Translations under genes and position numbers: made by a program
Notes under the pieces: generated by a model
Databases searched by the model: none
The model's input: the letters and a program-made list of their open reading frames with translations, nothing else
What the model was told of the DNA's origin: nothing
In this document: positions 16,609 to 26,235 of the stretch, piece by piece
Position numbering within the stretch: position 1 is the first letter of the stretch
Layout of the letters: every line of letters starts with the position of its first letter
Virus record (IMG/VR): IMGVR_UViG_3300050336_000035
Coordinates: 103,494-167,493 of that record
Direction: 5' to 3' (one strand)
DNA: 64,000 nt
Source of the DNA: a virus
Lineage: Duplodnaviria > Caudoviricetes

Positions 16609-17472
16609 ATGGAATATATTAAGAGTCCAATGAATTATATTGGAGGTAAATTTAAATTACTACCACAATTATTTGATAGGTTTCCGAAAAGTATTAATAC
16701 ATTATATGATGTTTTCGGTGGCGGTGCAAATATCAGTCTCAATACTAAAGCTAGACATATTTATTACAATGATATTGTTAATTATGTAAGTGATATGTTT
16801 AGTGCCTTACAAGATAATACTTTAACTACGGCATTAAATAAAATACATAATGTGATAAATACATACCAATTATCAAAAACAAATTTAGATGGATTTCTAA
16901 GGTTAAGAGATGATTATAATAGAGGAAATAAATCATGGGAAATGTTTTACATGTTAGTGTGTCACTCCTTCAATTATCAGTTCAGATTTAATAATAATCA
17001 TGAATATAATAGTAGCTTTGGTAAAGATAGAAGTTATTATTCAACAGTTACTGAAGAAAAATTTATCACATTTTTAAATAGATTACATAGTTTAGATATT
17101 ATTTTTGATAGTAAAGATTTTAGAAAAATAAATTTTTCTAATGCTAATAAAAACGATTTAGTTTATTTTGACCCTCCGTATCTTATTACGACAGGGAACT
17201 ATAATGATGGTAAACGTGGTTTTAAAGGTTGGAATGAACAAGATGAAAAAGACTTATTAGAACTGTGTGACTCATTAAATAATCAAGGCACAAGGTTTGC
17301 TTTAAGTAATGTATTTGAGTGTAAAGGAAAGTCAAATGATATATTAAAAAAGTGGTCAAATAATTATAATCTAGCATATATACATTCTAATTACGGTAAT
17401 TGCAATTATCAAGCAAAAGATAAAAGCAAGGACAGTACTATTGAAGTGCTAATAACTAATTATAAATATTAA
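16609..17472 (+). CDS. DNA adenine methyltransferase (Dam/D12 class)
   Basis: YIGGK, DVFGGG, DPPY. Confidence 0.92.
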   Translation: MEYIKSPMNYIGGKFKLLPQLFDRFPKSINTLYDVFGGGANISLNTKARHIYYNDIVNYVSDMFSALQDNTLTTALNKIHNVINTYQLSKTNLDGFLRLRDDYNRGNKSWEMFYMLVCHSFNYQFRFNNNHEYNSSFGKDRSYYSTVTEEKFITFLNRLHSLDIIFDSKDFRKINFSNANKNDLVYFDPPYLITTGNYNDGKRGFKGWNEQDEKDLLELCDSLNNQGTRFALSNVFECKGKSNDILKKWSNNYNLAYIHSNYGNCNYQAKDKSKDSTIEVLITNYKY

Positions 17473-17510
17473 AATAAAAAATCTATTTTATAAAGAAAGG
17501 AATTTTAAGA

Positions 17511-17756
17511 ATGAAAATTGATATTAAAGGAAATGGAAATACAAAACAATTAATTAACATGCTTGCGTGGATTGAATTACTAGGTAATGTAGGACATAGT
17601 GCTGATTTTAAAGTGTTTGCCGATGGAGATGGCTCTACTAGATGGAAATTTAAGTTTGAAAATGAAGAACAACAGAAAGAATTTGATGCTTTAAGAAAAG
17701 ATTTGTGTAAAGAATATATAAACACTAACATAGATATAGAACATTTTTCAATATAA
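17511..17756 (+). CDS. Hypothetical protein
   Basis: RBS GAAAGG. Confidence 0.75.
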   Translation: MKIDIKGNGNTKQLINMLAWIELLGNVGHSADFKVFADGDGSTRWKFKFENEEQQKEFDALRKDLCKEYINTNIDIEHFSI

Positions 17757-17797
17757 GGAAGACAAGTACTGTATTTTGTCATAAACGAGGTGATTAA

Positions 17798-18058
17798 ATG
17801 AACCAAAATTTTAACTTTGTATTTTGTAAGCATCATGGAGATTTTGAATATTGCTACAAACAATGTAAAAAGGATTGTCCTTCTGTAAGTAATTTATGGC
17901 ATAAATTTATAAGAAATCCTATAGTAAATTTAATTACGGCAATAAGATACAAATTTCAGAAATGTAACCAATTACCTACACAATGTAGTTTTCTTTATAA
18001 GAATAAATATTGTTTGTTTCAAGATAGAAATTGTTATTCAAACAGAACTAAAAAGTGA
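17798..18058 (+). CDS. Cys-rich hypothetical protein
   Basis: RBS GAGGTG. Confidence 0.7.
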   Translation: MNQNFNFVFCKHHGDFEYCYKQCKKDCPSVSNLWHKFIRNPIVNLITAIRYKFQKCNQLPTQCSFLYKNKYCLFQDRNCYSNRTKK

Positions 18059-18099
18059 TTAAAAGACTCATTCTATTATAAGTAGAAAGGAAATTAATA

Positions 18100-18225
18100 A
18101 TGGAATTTTATAAAATATATTGTACTTGTTTTACTACATTCTTTTTAATTGCAATGTTATTAAACATTCCAATAGAAGTAAAACAAATAAATCCAAAGCG
18201 TGGTGCATTTTTTATGAAGAAATAA
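18100..18225 (+). CDS. Small hydrophobic protein, 41 aa (not in ORF track)
   Basis: RBS GAAAGG; lies between two boundary sites. Confidence 0.5.
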   Translation: MEFYKIYCTCFTTFFLIAMLLNIPIEVKQINPKRGAFFMKK

Positions 18226-18526
18226 TTAACACAAAAAGCTTGTTTTATTGTAAAGGAGTTACTAAATGAAATACATAATATTTTTCAACACTAATCCTTA
18301 TATGGATATACACAGTTTGGAATGGAATTAAAATTGGAATATATAGTGGAAGTTTTAATTTTGAGATTGAAGCATATCCAATAAAAAGATTTTTTAAGAA
18401 GAAATAATATAATATATAGCCGTATCCTAGCCCTCAAATATATATCAAATGTACAAATGGTGGTTAGAAAATCTGTGAGAGCTAGGAACACTTCATATTT
18501 TGAACGAAAGGTAGGAAATTATACAT

Positions 18527-18691
18527 ATGCAAACATATAAAATGAATTGTATTCGCTGTAATAAAGAAATGAGTTATATTCCAGATTCTGTGCTTGAAGC
18601 TAGAGGATATGTAGTTATGTATTGTGAAAATTGTAAACAGGAATTTTTAGTACCAGATAGCAATGAAGATTTACATATAATAAATGAGTGA
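18527..18691 (+). CDS. Small zinc-ribbon protein, 54 aa (not in ORF track)
   Basis: CIRC and CENC motifs; RBS AGGTAGG. Confidence 0.65.
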   Translation: MQTYKMNCIRCNKEMSYIPDSVLEARGYVVMYCENCKQEFLVPDSNEDLHIINE

Positions 18692-18714
18692 AGAACAAGA
18701 AAGGAAATTATTTT

Positions 18715-19092
18715 ATGGAATATATTAAAAGATTAACCGAGCAGCAACAAAAAGTTTTTGATGTAATGTTACATATGGCAAGAGTAAGACAGAGTTATTT
18801 ATTATCTTCAGAAGATAGGGGTATAGGTAAATCAATTACTCTTAATGAATTAGCCTTTACATTACAGACTATAGGGTATGATGTGTATTTATTAAATCCT
18901 CATCCTGTTAAAGATTACTATGTTAATAATATAATTGCTCTTGATAGCAAATCTTATGAGGGACTATTTAGGGAAAATTCTGTTGTTATAGCAGATGAAT
19001 CAAGATACGAAATGATGGATGATATTTTAGAGTATTGTAAATACAAAAAAGTACCTATTGTTGGATATGTCAATTTTGAAACTAGCCTATAG
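18715..19092 (+). CDS. Small P-loop NTPase-like protein
   Basis: LTEQQQKV, RGIGKS, VIADE; ATG behind GAAAGG. Confidence 0.6.
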   Translation: MEYIKRLTEQQQKVFDVMLHMARVRQSYLLSSEDRGIGKSITLNELAFTLQTIGYDVYLLNPHPVKDYYVNNIIALDSKSYEGLFRENSVVIADESRYEMMDDILEYCKYKKVPIVGYVNFETSL

Positions 19093-19159
19093 CAAGGGTT
19101 TTAAGACTCAAAAAGTGAATGAAAAACACATTTTATTGTTAATATAAATTTAAAAGGAT

Positions 19160-19963
19160 GTGATTACTATATCAAAAATTGTAAATGACAAATATTACAC
19201 ATCACCAGAATTAGCAGAATACATAGTTAATAAAACTAAAAAAATTATAGGTGAAGAAAAAATTACTGAATATATAGAACCATCAGCAGGTGGAGGAGCA
19301 TTTCTTGATTATCTTGATAAATCATTTTTAGCATATGATATTGAACCTGAAGATAATAGAATTCTTAAACAAGACTTTCTTAGCTTGGACTTAGATTATA
19401 AAAAAGGTAGATGTATTATTGGAAATCCACCTTATGGAGAATTTAATCTTTTGTCTGAAAAGTTTTTTAAAAAATCTATAAAAATTTGTGATTATATTTC
19501 ATTTATTCAACCTATTAGTCAATATAAAAATAATATAAAGCTATATGAATTTGACTTAATATATAGTGAAGATTTAGGAAAACAAATATATACTGATAGG
19601 GAAATTCATTGTTGTTTAAATATTTATAGAAGACCTATAAATGGAGAAGTAAATAAAAAACAAAACTATAAATTAAAAGATGTATCAATCACGAGATTAG
19701 ATAGAGGAAGTAAAACAATTATTAATGAATATGATATTAATATTTGTTCTTATGGTGCATCAATAGGAAAAATACCTAAATTTATAGGACAATACAGTCA
19801 AGAACTTTATATAAAAATATGTAATGAAAAATATAGAAACCAAATAATAAATTTAATTATTAATACTAATTGGAAACAAATAATTGATATGACTGCAACA
19901 CCAAAACTTCAAATATGGAGAGTATATAAATACATAAAAGAACAAATTCCAGAAATTCAATAA
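19160..19963 (+). CDS. DNA amino-methyltransferase (orphan)
   Basis: YYTS, IEPSAGGGAF, IGNPPY. Confidence 0.88.
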   Translation: MITISKIVNDKYYTSPELAEYIVNKTKKIIGEEKITEYIEPSAGGGAFLDYLDKSFLAYDIEPEDNRILKQDFLSLDLDYKKGRCIIGNPPYGEFNLLSEKFFKKSIKICDYISFIQPISQYKNNIKLYEFDLIYSEDLGKQIYTDREIHCCLNIYRRPINGEVNKKQNYKLKDVSITRLDRGSKTIINEYDINICSYGASIGKIPKFIGQYSQELYIKICNEKYRNQIINLIINTNWKQIIDMTATPKLQIWRVYKYIKEQIPEIQ

Positions 19964-20100
19964 ATTGTAACAGTATTGTAATATGCAATTCAAAGTAAAT
20001 AAAAGTATGAGTGAGTATATGGAAGTTGTAAGTTACTAAAAACATGATAAAATCAGGATTTGGTTGTAAAAATAAAATTTAATTTATAGGAGGATAAAAT

Positions 20101-20682
20101 ATGACTTGTATCGTTGGATTAATTGAAAATGGTGTTACATATATCGGTGGAGATAGTTGTGGAAGTAATGGTTATTCAAAAGTTACTAGAGTAGATAAAA
20201 AAGTTTTTAAATTAAAAGATACGCCTAATGCAATATTAGGATATACTAGTTCTTTTAGAATGGGTCAATTACTTATGTATGCTACAGGACTTATAGATAA
20301 GAGAGATGAACCAAATATTGACCATGAATATCTAGTAACTAAATTTATACCAAACGTTACAAAATTATTTAGTGATGGTGGATATCTTAAAACAGATAGT
20401 GGTGAAAAAGAAGGTGGATGTTTCTTATTAAGTTATAAAGATAAATTATATAAAATTGAATCTGATTTTCAAGTAGGAATTTCTATAGATAATTATGATG
20501 CTTGTGGGTGTGGAGAAGATTATGCTTTAGGTTCTTTAAATACAACTGAAAATTCAAACTTATCACCAGTAGAAAGAATACATTTAGCTTTACAGGCAGC
20601 AAGTAAATTTAGTGTAGGAGTTTCAGCGCCTTTTTACATAATTAATACACAAAATGATGATGTAGTAGAATTTAAAGATTAA
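20101..20682 (+). CDS. HslV/proteasome-like Ntn-hydrolase peptidase
   Basis: N-terminal Thr (MTCIVG), GGDS, KKVF, GCGEDYALG. Confidence 0.75.
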   Translation: MTCIVGLIENGVTYIGGDSCGSNGYSKVTRVDKKVFKLKDTPNAILGYTSSFRMGQLLMYATGLIDKRDEPNIDHEYLVTKFIPNVTKLFSDGGYLKTDSGEKEGGCFLLSYKDKLYKIESDFQVGISIDNYDACGCGEDYALGSLNTTENSNLSPVERIHLALQAASKFSVGVSAPFYIINTQNDDVVEFKD

Positions 20683-20687
20683 TAGAG

Positions 20688-20924
20688 GTGATTATCATTA
20701 AAGATTTAGATTTTGATTACATAAAGAAAATGTTCTGTAAGTACAATTGTAATGTAAATAAAGAAATATTCGATACAACAGTATATGTTCAAGAAATTCA
20801 ATGTCCTAAATGTTATGAATTTTTTAGTAGTTGGCATGATGTAGAAGTTGACTTAGAAGACAATAAACCATGTCAACTATGTCAAATAGATAACTTTATT
20901 AAAGAATTACAAAATAATCTATAG
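20688..20924 (+). CDS. Hypothetical Zn-binding protein
   Basis: CPKC and CQLC. Confidence 0.65.
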   Translation: MIIIKDLDFDYIKKMFCKYNCNVNKEIFDTTVYVQEIQCPKCYEFFSSWHDVEVDLEDNKPCQLCQIDNFIKELQNNL

Positions 20925-20941
20925 AAAGGATATTAATATAA

Positions 20942-21589
20942 ATGAATATTGAAAATACACAAGTTTTTGGTTTTGAACCTGCTTTACGAGCTATGAGGAA
21001 TCCTATGGATAGTTGGAATAAAAGCGATAGCTATTGTACTGATTATAGTTTTAAACTTCCCAATGATAAGAATTCTAATATCGAACATTTTACACTTGGT
21101 AAAAATGATATGTTTTTATCTCAAAAACTATCTAAATCTGGTGGAGAGCATAGAAAACATTTAAGGCTTATCAGTGTTTGGTGTGATATCACTCTCCCTA
21201 GATTTATTTGGCAAGAACTAGACACTTATAAACACAAAGAAAATGTAAGTTGTTCAACCATGCATAAACTTATGAGTTATCCAATAACTGAGGAAATGTT
21301 TGAACTAGGAGAAGATTATATTCCTGATTCAGTAATAAATTCTTTAAATGAGTTAGTTCAAAAATATAAAAACACAAATATAAATGAGGAAAAGAAAAAT
21401 TATAAGTATTGGGCAAAAACAATTTTACCAGAATCTTTCTTGCAGAAACGTACTATGTCGATTAACTATGAAACATTATTAAATATTTATAATCAACGCA
21501 AAAACCACGAATTACCACAATGGAATACAATATGTAATTGGATATTGAAATTACCTTATTTTACTGAACTTACGGGGGTTAGTCAATGA
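20942..21589 (+). CDS. Divergent ThyX-like (FAD-dependent thymidylate synthase fold) protein
   Basis: HRKHLR, DITLPRFIWQELDTY, SCSTMH, LPESF, R.NHELPQW; canonical RHR motif absent. Confidence 0.55.
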   Translation: MNIENTQVFGFEPALRAMRNPMDSWNKSDSYCTDYSFKLPNDKNSNIEHFTLGKNDMFLSQKLSKSGGEHRKHLRLISVWCDITLPRFIWQELDTYKHKENVSCSTMHKLMSYPITEEMFELGEDYIPDSVINSLNELVQKYKNTNINEEKKNYKYWAKTILPESFLQKRTMSINYETLLNIYNQRKNHELPQWNTICNWILKLPYFTELTGVSQ

Positions 21590-21816
21590 TAGGATGGATA
21601 GCTGCACTACTTTGTATAATTGGTAATCTATTAGTAGTTAAAAAGAAGAATGGATTCTTAGTATGGTTTGTTGGAACAGGAGTACTTTTAATATTAGCAT
21701 TGGTACATCAAAATTGGTCACAGGTATTTTTGTTTTTTATCTATGAAGTAATCAATATTTTCGGCTACATAGAATGGTCAAATTCAAAGAATAAGAATAG
21801 GAGGAATTTAAAGTGA
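21586..21816 (+). CDS. PnuC-like small membrane protein
   Basis: Three TM segments; GFLVW...NIFGYIEW. Confidence 0.6.
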   Translation: MIGWIAALLCIIGNLLVVKKKNGFLVWFVGTGVLLILALVHQNWSQVFLFFIYEVINIFGYIEWSNSKNKNRRNLK

Positions 21817-22346
21817 AAACTGTGTTTTTAGTAGTTGGTGAGAGCGCAAGTGGTAAAGATTCCGTGGTAAATTTATTAGAACAAGAAGGATATAAAGTCC
21901 TAAAAAGCTACACTACAAGACCAAGACGTACAAATGAAGGAAATACACATAAATTTATTACACCTTCAGAAGTAGAACAATTTAAAGATGATATGATAGC
22001 TTATACAAAAATAGGTAGCTATGAATATTTTTCTACAATACAGCAACTTAAAGAATCTGATATTTATGTTATTGACCCTAAAGGCATAGAATATCTTAAA
22101 TCAAAAATTACTGATATAAATATAATTGTTATATATATTAATGTACCTATTGATGAAAGAATACATAGGGCTAGAGATATTCGTAAAGATAATCCACAAG
22201 AAATTTTAAATAGATTTAATGCCGAAAAGAAACAATTTGATAAATTCAAACTTCATGCAAATTATGATTATAGTGTATCAAACGTTGATTTAAATAAAGC
22301 ATATAAAATTGTAAAAAATATTATTCAGATAGAAGGTGATAATTAA
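21813..22346 (+). CDS. gmk: Guanylate kinase-like nucleotide kinase
   Basis: GESASGKD, SYTTRPRR, YVIDPKGI. Confidence 0.88.
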   Translation: MKTVFLVVGESASGKDSVVNLLEQEGYKVLKSYTTRPRRTNEGNTHKFITPSEVEQFKDDMIAYTKIGSYEYFSTIQQLKESDIYVIDPKGIEYLKSKITDINIIVIYINVPIDERIHRARDIRKDNPQEILNRFNAEKKQFDKFKLHANYDYSVSNVDLNKAYKIVKNIIQIEGDN

Positions 22347-22762
22347 TGTACTTTTATACGGCTAGTGCTTTAACATATTATCAAAAAACTAACCAATTCA
22401 ATAAGGCTACAGAATGGAGAAACATATTTACAAAATGGTGTAATGAAAATAATCATAAATTATTTAATCCAGCCAAAACATTTGCTATTGAACAAAATCA
22501 TACATATAAAGAACGCAATTGTGTTGACCAAAATAAATACTACTTAGATAAAGCTAATATTTTAATTGTTAATCTTGATGATATTATGGAAAGTGCTGGA
22601 ACTCAATGGGAACTATGTTATGCCTCAATGATTAGAAGAATTCCTATTATTGCCTTTGGCAAATCTTCTTGGAGTCCTCATATTAATTATGGCATATCAC
22701 ATCAATGTAAAGATATTTATGAAGTTATAGAATTATTAGATTTGATGTATTGTCAAGAATAG
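22346..22762 (+). CDS. Nucleoside 2-deoxyribosyltransferase-like protein
   Basis: FNPA, SAGTQWEL, IPIIAF. Confidence 0.7.
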   Translation: MYFYTASALTYYQKTNQFNKATEWRNIFTKWCNENNHKLFNPAKTFAIEQNHTYKERNCVDQNKYYLDKANILIVNLDDIMESAGTQWELCYASMIRRIPIIAFGKSSWSPHINYGISHQCKDIYEVIELLDLMYCQE

Positions 22763-22858
22763 GAGGACTATTACTTTGAACCAAATGATTGATGAATTAT
22801 CAAGAATTATTCTTGACCATTTATATGAGTATAAGAAAAGAGAAAGGAAGAATTAATT

Positions 22859-23071
22859 ATGGTGTTTTGGTTAATAGTATTTTTTATGTGTGGTATGATA
22901 TTTGGTGCTGGTCTTATGGCTATTTTTAATTCTGGAAAAACTAGTGATTTATATAATGAAATTGATGCATTAGTAAAACATAATGAAGAATTAGCTACTG
23001 AAAACGAAATTCTTTGTAAAAAAAATAAAAATAATAATAATTCATACCCAACATATAGTTATAAAATTTAA
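22859..23071 (+). CDS. Small membrane protein
   Basis: N-terminal TM segment; RBS GAAAGG. Confidence 0.65.
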   Translation: MVFWLIVFFMCGMIFGAGLMAIFNSGKTSDLYNEIDALVKHNEELATENEILCKKNKNNNNSYPTYSYKI

Positions 23072-23161
23072 TTAGCATTACTATATATATATAGTATATA
23101 AAATATAACCCCATAAACATAGATTTCATTGTGAAGGAGTATAGGAGTATAGGAGAATATC

Positions 23162-24136
23162 TTATACTCCTTTTTCACTTTCTCTTCTTAAATGCTCTGC
23201 AAAAAAAGCTTTTGGATATTTAACTTCATGAGCATCCCACTTACCATCCATTAACGCTAAGTAAGTTGACTCTAACGCATATTTAGAATATATACTTACA
23301 TCATTCCAATCAACATCTGCCTGAGTAAAAAATAAACGATATTTAAATGATAAAATTGATTTAATAGCTGTAAATAAATCATTTTCACTCATATTTTTAA
23401 CTGCCTGTACCTCTGGTGGTAAATCAGATTCATCTACAATTTCTTTTTTCATTTTAATTTTAAAAACAATAGAAGTATATTTTCTACCAGATTTTTTAGG
23501 AGTATAACTAACCTCAATATCATTTAATTCATTAATTTCTTGAATGGATGGTAAAAGAATATATTTCTCAAAATCATTAAAACGAGAATATTTATCACCT
23601 AAAATAAACATTTCTCTTAATGTATCAACATTTACATTATAAAACCCTATTAGTTCATATGATTTTAGAATTTCATATATACGAATAGAATATTTAGACT
23701 TTAATTTTAAAAGTAAAGGAAGATTAAATTTTTTATATTCACCAACTAAGTCAACTATATATGGAAAAATATCTTCGTTATAGGTTAGTCTTATAATGCC
23801 ATTATTATATCTGACAGAATCAATCCATCCAGTAATATATCCTTCTTCAAGTTCTCCCGTTTTATCATTAAACTTAGCTGTGACAATTGAACGTTCTCTT
23901 AATTTTTGCAGTACATCAACTAAATGTTGGTAATTAAAGTGTTCAAGTTCTAGTAATTTTTTATAATCAGAGACAGGTATTTCTACAGTCCTATTATGAG
24001 TATCCTCAACATAAACTATACCTATATGGATAACTCTATATTCAACTACAGATAAATCATATTTTGCCCTAATGAGAATATTAGACTTATTAATAGACAG
24101 TTGATTCTTATCAATCTCAATGATATCTTGAACCAT
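23162..24136 (-). CDS. repB: Plasmid replication initiator (Rep_3/RepB family)
   Basis: KSNILIRAKYDLS..E, LKSKYSIRIYEIL, LREMF...Y.RF.DF...IL.P.I.EINE. Confidence 0.92.
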   Translation of the reverse strand: MVQDIIEIDKNQLSINKSNILIRAKYDLSVVEYRVIHIGIVYVEDTHNRTVEIPVSDYKKLLELEHFNYQHLVDVLQKLRERSIVTAKFNDKTGELEEGYITGWIDSVRYNNGIIRLTYNEDIFPYIVDLVGEYKKFNLPLLLKLKSKYSIRIYEILKSYELIGFYNVNVDTLREMFILGDKYSRFNDFEKYILLPSIQEINELNDIEVSYTPKKSGRKYTSIVFKIKMKKEIVDESDLPPEVQAVKNMSENDLFTAIKSILSFKYRLFFTQADVDWNDVSIYSKYALESTYLALMDGKWDAHEVKYPKAFFAEHLRRESEKGV

Positions 24137-24260
24137 ATTAATTTAACCTCATTTCATTTTTGTAAAATTTACCTGTGGATATATTATCACTTTCCATACG
24201 AAAAATCAACAATTATTTTCGATATATTTTATTCTTTTTCATAATTCTTTATAATAATTC

Positions 24261-24514
24261 AAAATCTTTAATATTTAAAATCTTTAAAACTTTAAATCTT
24301 TTAAGAAAATCTTGTAACCTTTATATTTAGCACAATACGGTATATTAACTACGAGTAATTTTATGCTTTGTACAAGAAATTTTATTTGTAATACATGATA
24401 ATTTTATGCGAAAAACGAGATTTATTATTTGTAGTAAGAACTATTTTATTTAAACTACAAGAAAATTTACTTCAAGTACATGTATTTTTACTTTAACTAC
24501 AAGAAAATTTATGG
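24261..24514. repeat. Putative replication origin: AT-rich repeats plus about 8 degenerate 21-22 bp iterons
   Basis: Tandem units from 24347 (AACTACGAGTAATTTTA, TTGTACAAGAAATTTTA, AACTACAAGAAAATTTA twice) and AAATCTTT repeats at 24261-24302, upstream of repB. Confidence 0.8.
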
Positions 24515-24752
24515 ATTATGGCTGTTATGGATATCAAATTCATAAAAAAGTTCGTAATAAACATCTTTAAATACGAAAGATTGTAAAATGTTTCGTTATA
24601 TAAAGTAAAATATCTTGTAATTAATAGATAATGACGTAATGATGTAAATATAAGTATATTGGGTACTCCCTTACCGAAATTTAAAACTATAGAAAATAAT
24701 AATTTTACAGAAGTAAGTGGATATGATACACTAATTTTGAGGTGATTATATA

Positions 24753-25661
24753 ATGCTAAACTTTTCAGAAGAGTGTCCACAGGTACTTAAAGACTTTATT
24801 AATTATTGTTATTTATCTAAAAATCTATCACAAGGAACTCTAAAACAATACTATTTCGACCTTATGAAATTTATTAAATACTTTGCTAAGTTTAAACCAC
24901 AAAACTTTGATGTTATAGAAATTGAAAGAATAACATCCTCAGATTTACAAAACTATCTTTATGACACCACTATTGATAAATCTGCTCCCAGTAGAGCAAG
25001 AAAAATAGCATCGCTTAAATCATTTTTTAAATGGTTATATGTTAATGAAAAGGCTATTAATCAAAATATTACTGAAGTTTTAAACACACCTAAAATACCA
25101 AAGTCTCTTCCCCTATATCTTTCGGTAGAAGAGTGTAAACAGTTATTAGATGCTGTTGATGGAGATTTTAAAGAGCGTGACTATGCTATTCTCAATACAT
25201 TTCTATTGACTGGTATTAGGCTTAGTGAACTATGTGGTATTAATTTATCTGATATCAAGGATAATGTATTAAAAGTCAAAGGGAAAGGAAGAAAAGATAG
25301 GTCTATTCCCCTTTCTTCAACCTGTATCCAATCAATTGAAAATTACATAAAAGTTAGACTTATACCTAAAGACGATAAAGATGCTCTTTTTATAAGCCGA
25401 TTAAGAACAAGAATTTCGCATAGTTCAGTTGAAAAACTAGTAGACAAATATATTCAAAAAGCTGGACTAGACAAAAAAATGTCAGTACACAAACTTAGAC
25501 ACTCTTTTGGTACTATTTCTTATGAGTATGGTAATAAAGATATTCGTGCTTTACAAGAATTAATGGGGCATGAAAGTATTCAGACAACCACTATTTATAC
25601 TCATGTTAAGCAAGAGCAATTAAGAGAAATGATTGAGAATAATCCATTAAATAAAAAATAA
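24753..25661 (+). CDS. XerC/XerD-like tyrosine recombinase
   Basis: TGIRLSEL, KGKGRKDR, HKLRHS, LMGHESIQTTTIYTH; full R-K-H-R-H-Y set. Confidence 0.95.
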   Translation: MLNFSEECPQVLKDFINYCYLSKNLSQGTLKQYYFDLMKFIKYFAKFKPQNFDVIEIERITSSDLQNYLYDTTIDKSAPSRARKIASLKSFFKWLYVNEKAINQNITEVLNTPKIPKSLPLYLSVEECKQLLDAVDGDFKERDYAILNTFLLTGIRLSELCGINLSDIKDNVLKVKGKGRKDRSIPLSSTCIQSIENYIKVRLIPKDDKDALFISRLRTRISHSSVEKLVDKYIQKAGLDKKMSVHKLRHSFGTISYEYGNKDIRALQELMGHESIQTTTIYTHVKQEQLREMIENNPLNKK

Positions 25662-25665
25662 GACC

Positions 25666-26235
25666 CTATTTTGGGTCTTTATTTTTTAAACCATATTTTT
25701 TTATGAAAGCTCTAATTCCCATATCAAGCACTTCATCATGAAATAAACCTTTAAATATTTTTGCATCATCAACAATATCATCTATTAACCAAGCAAGGTC
25801 TTCTCTGATTGAAAAAGTTACATTTCTTCTAGTATCAGCAGAATATTTTCTACGCTTATTGAGCCTATCTATTGGTGTAGGGTTATCAATTTTATGACGT
25901 ATTTCTTCTAGCCTGTTTAAATAATATTGTTCTAATTGTGAATATTCTTTAACCTCAACAATATTTTTTTCTTCATTCCCTTTTACTTTTGGTTCTTGAT
26001 TTTGTGATTGAATAATAGTTACTGTTTGTGCTTGAACTTGTTCAGCTTTAACTTCCTCAGTTTGTTGTTCGTTTATGGAAGAAGAATCACTATCTTCAAG
26101 CTTTATTTCTTCCTCAAAATTAGTTTTATCATTAATATTTTTTGAAATATCCATGGAAAATTGTTCTACTGGAGTTACTCTTTTGGGTTTAGGAGGATTG
26201 GTTTCCTTTTTTTCTTTTGATAAACCACTAGGCAT
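25666..26235 (-). CDS. Probable partition adaptor protein
   Basis: Overlaps the parA stop; disordered N-terminus and RHH-like C-terminus (NVTFSIREDL). Confidence 0.6.
   Translation of the reverse strand: MPSGLSKEKKETNPPKPKRVTPVEQFSMDISKNINDKTNFEEEIKLEDSDSSSINEQQTEEVKAEQVQAQTVTIIQSQNQEPKVKGNEEKNIVEVKEYSQLEQYYLNRLEEIRHKIDNPTPIDRLNKRRKYSADTRRNVTFSIREDLAWLIDDIVDDAKIFKGLFHDEVLDMGIRAFIKKYGLKNKDPK

Larger units (their letters stand above)
17475..20063. repeat. Boundary sites TRAAA-N6-TTYYA, array B (6 copies)
   Basis: 17475 TAAAA-aatcta-TTTTA; 17763 CAAGT-actgta-TTTTG; 18060 TAAAA-gactca-TTCTA; 18232 CAAAA-agcttg-TTTTA; 19120 TGAAA-aacaca-TTTTA; 20048 TAAAA-tcagga-TTTGG. Confidence 0.8.

Noticed and set aside
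18382-18396. TAAAA-agatt-TTTTA as a boundary site
   Set aside because: 5-bp spacer and located inside a probable small + strand ORF; likely chance in AT-rich DNA
23081-23170. TA run and triple AGGAGTAT-like repeat as a telomere-resolution site
   Set aside because: Palindrome is short and low-complexity, no protelomerase is seen, and AGGAGTAT/ATACTCCT fits a hairpin between convergent genes
24347-24514. Tandem ~21-bp repeats as a CRISPR array
   Set aside because: Repeats are contiguous and degenerate with no unique spacers and sit next to a Rep_3 gene, so they are iterons
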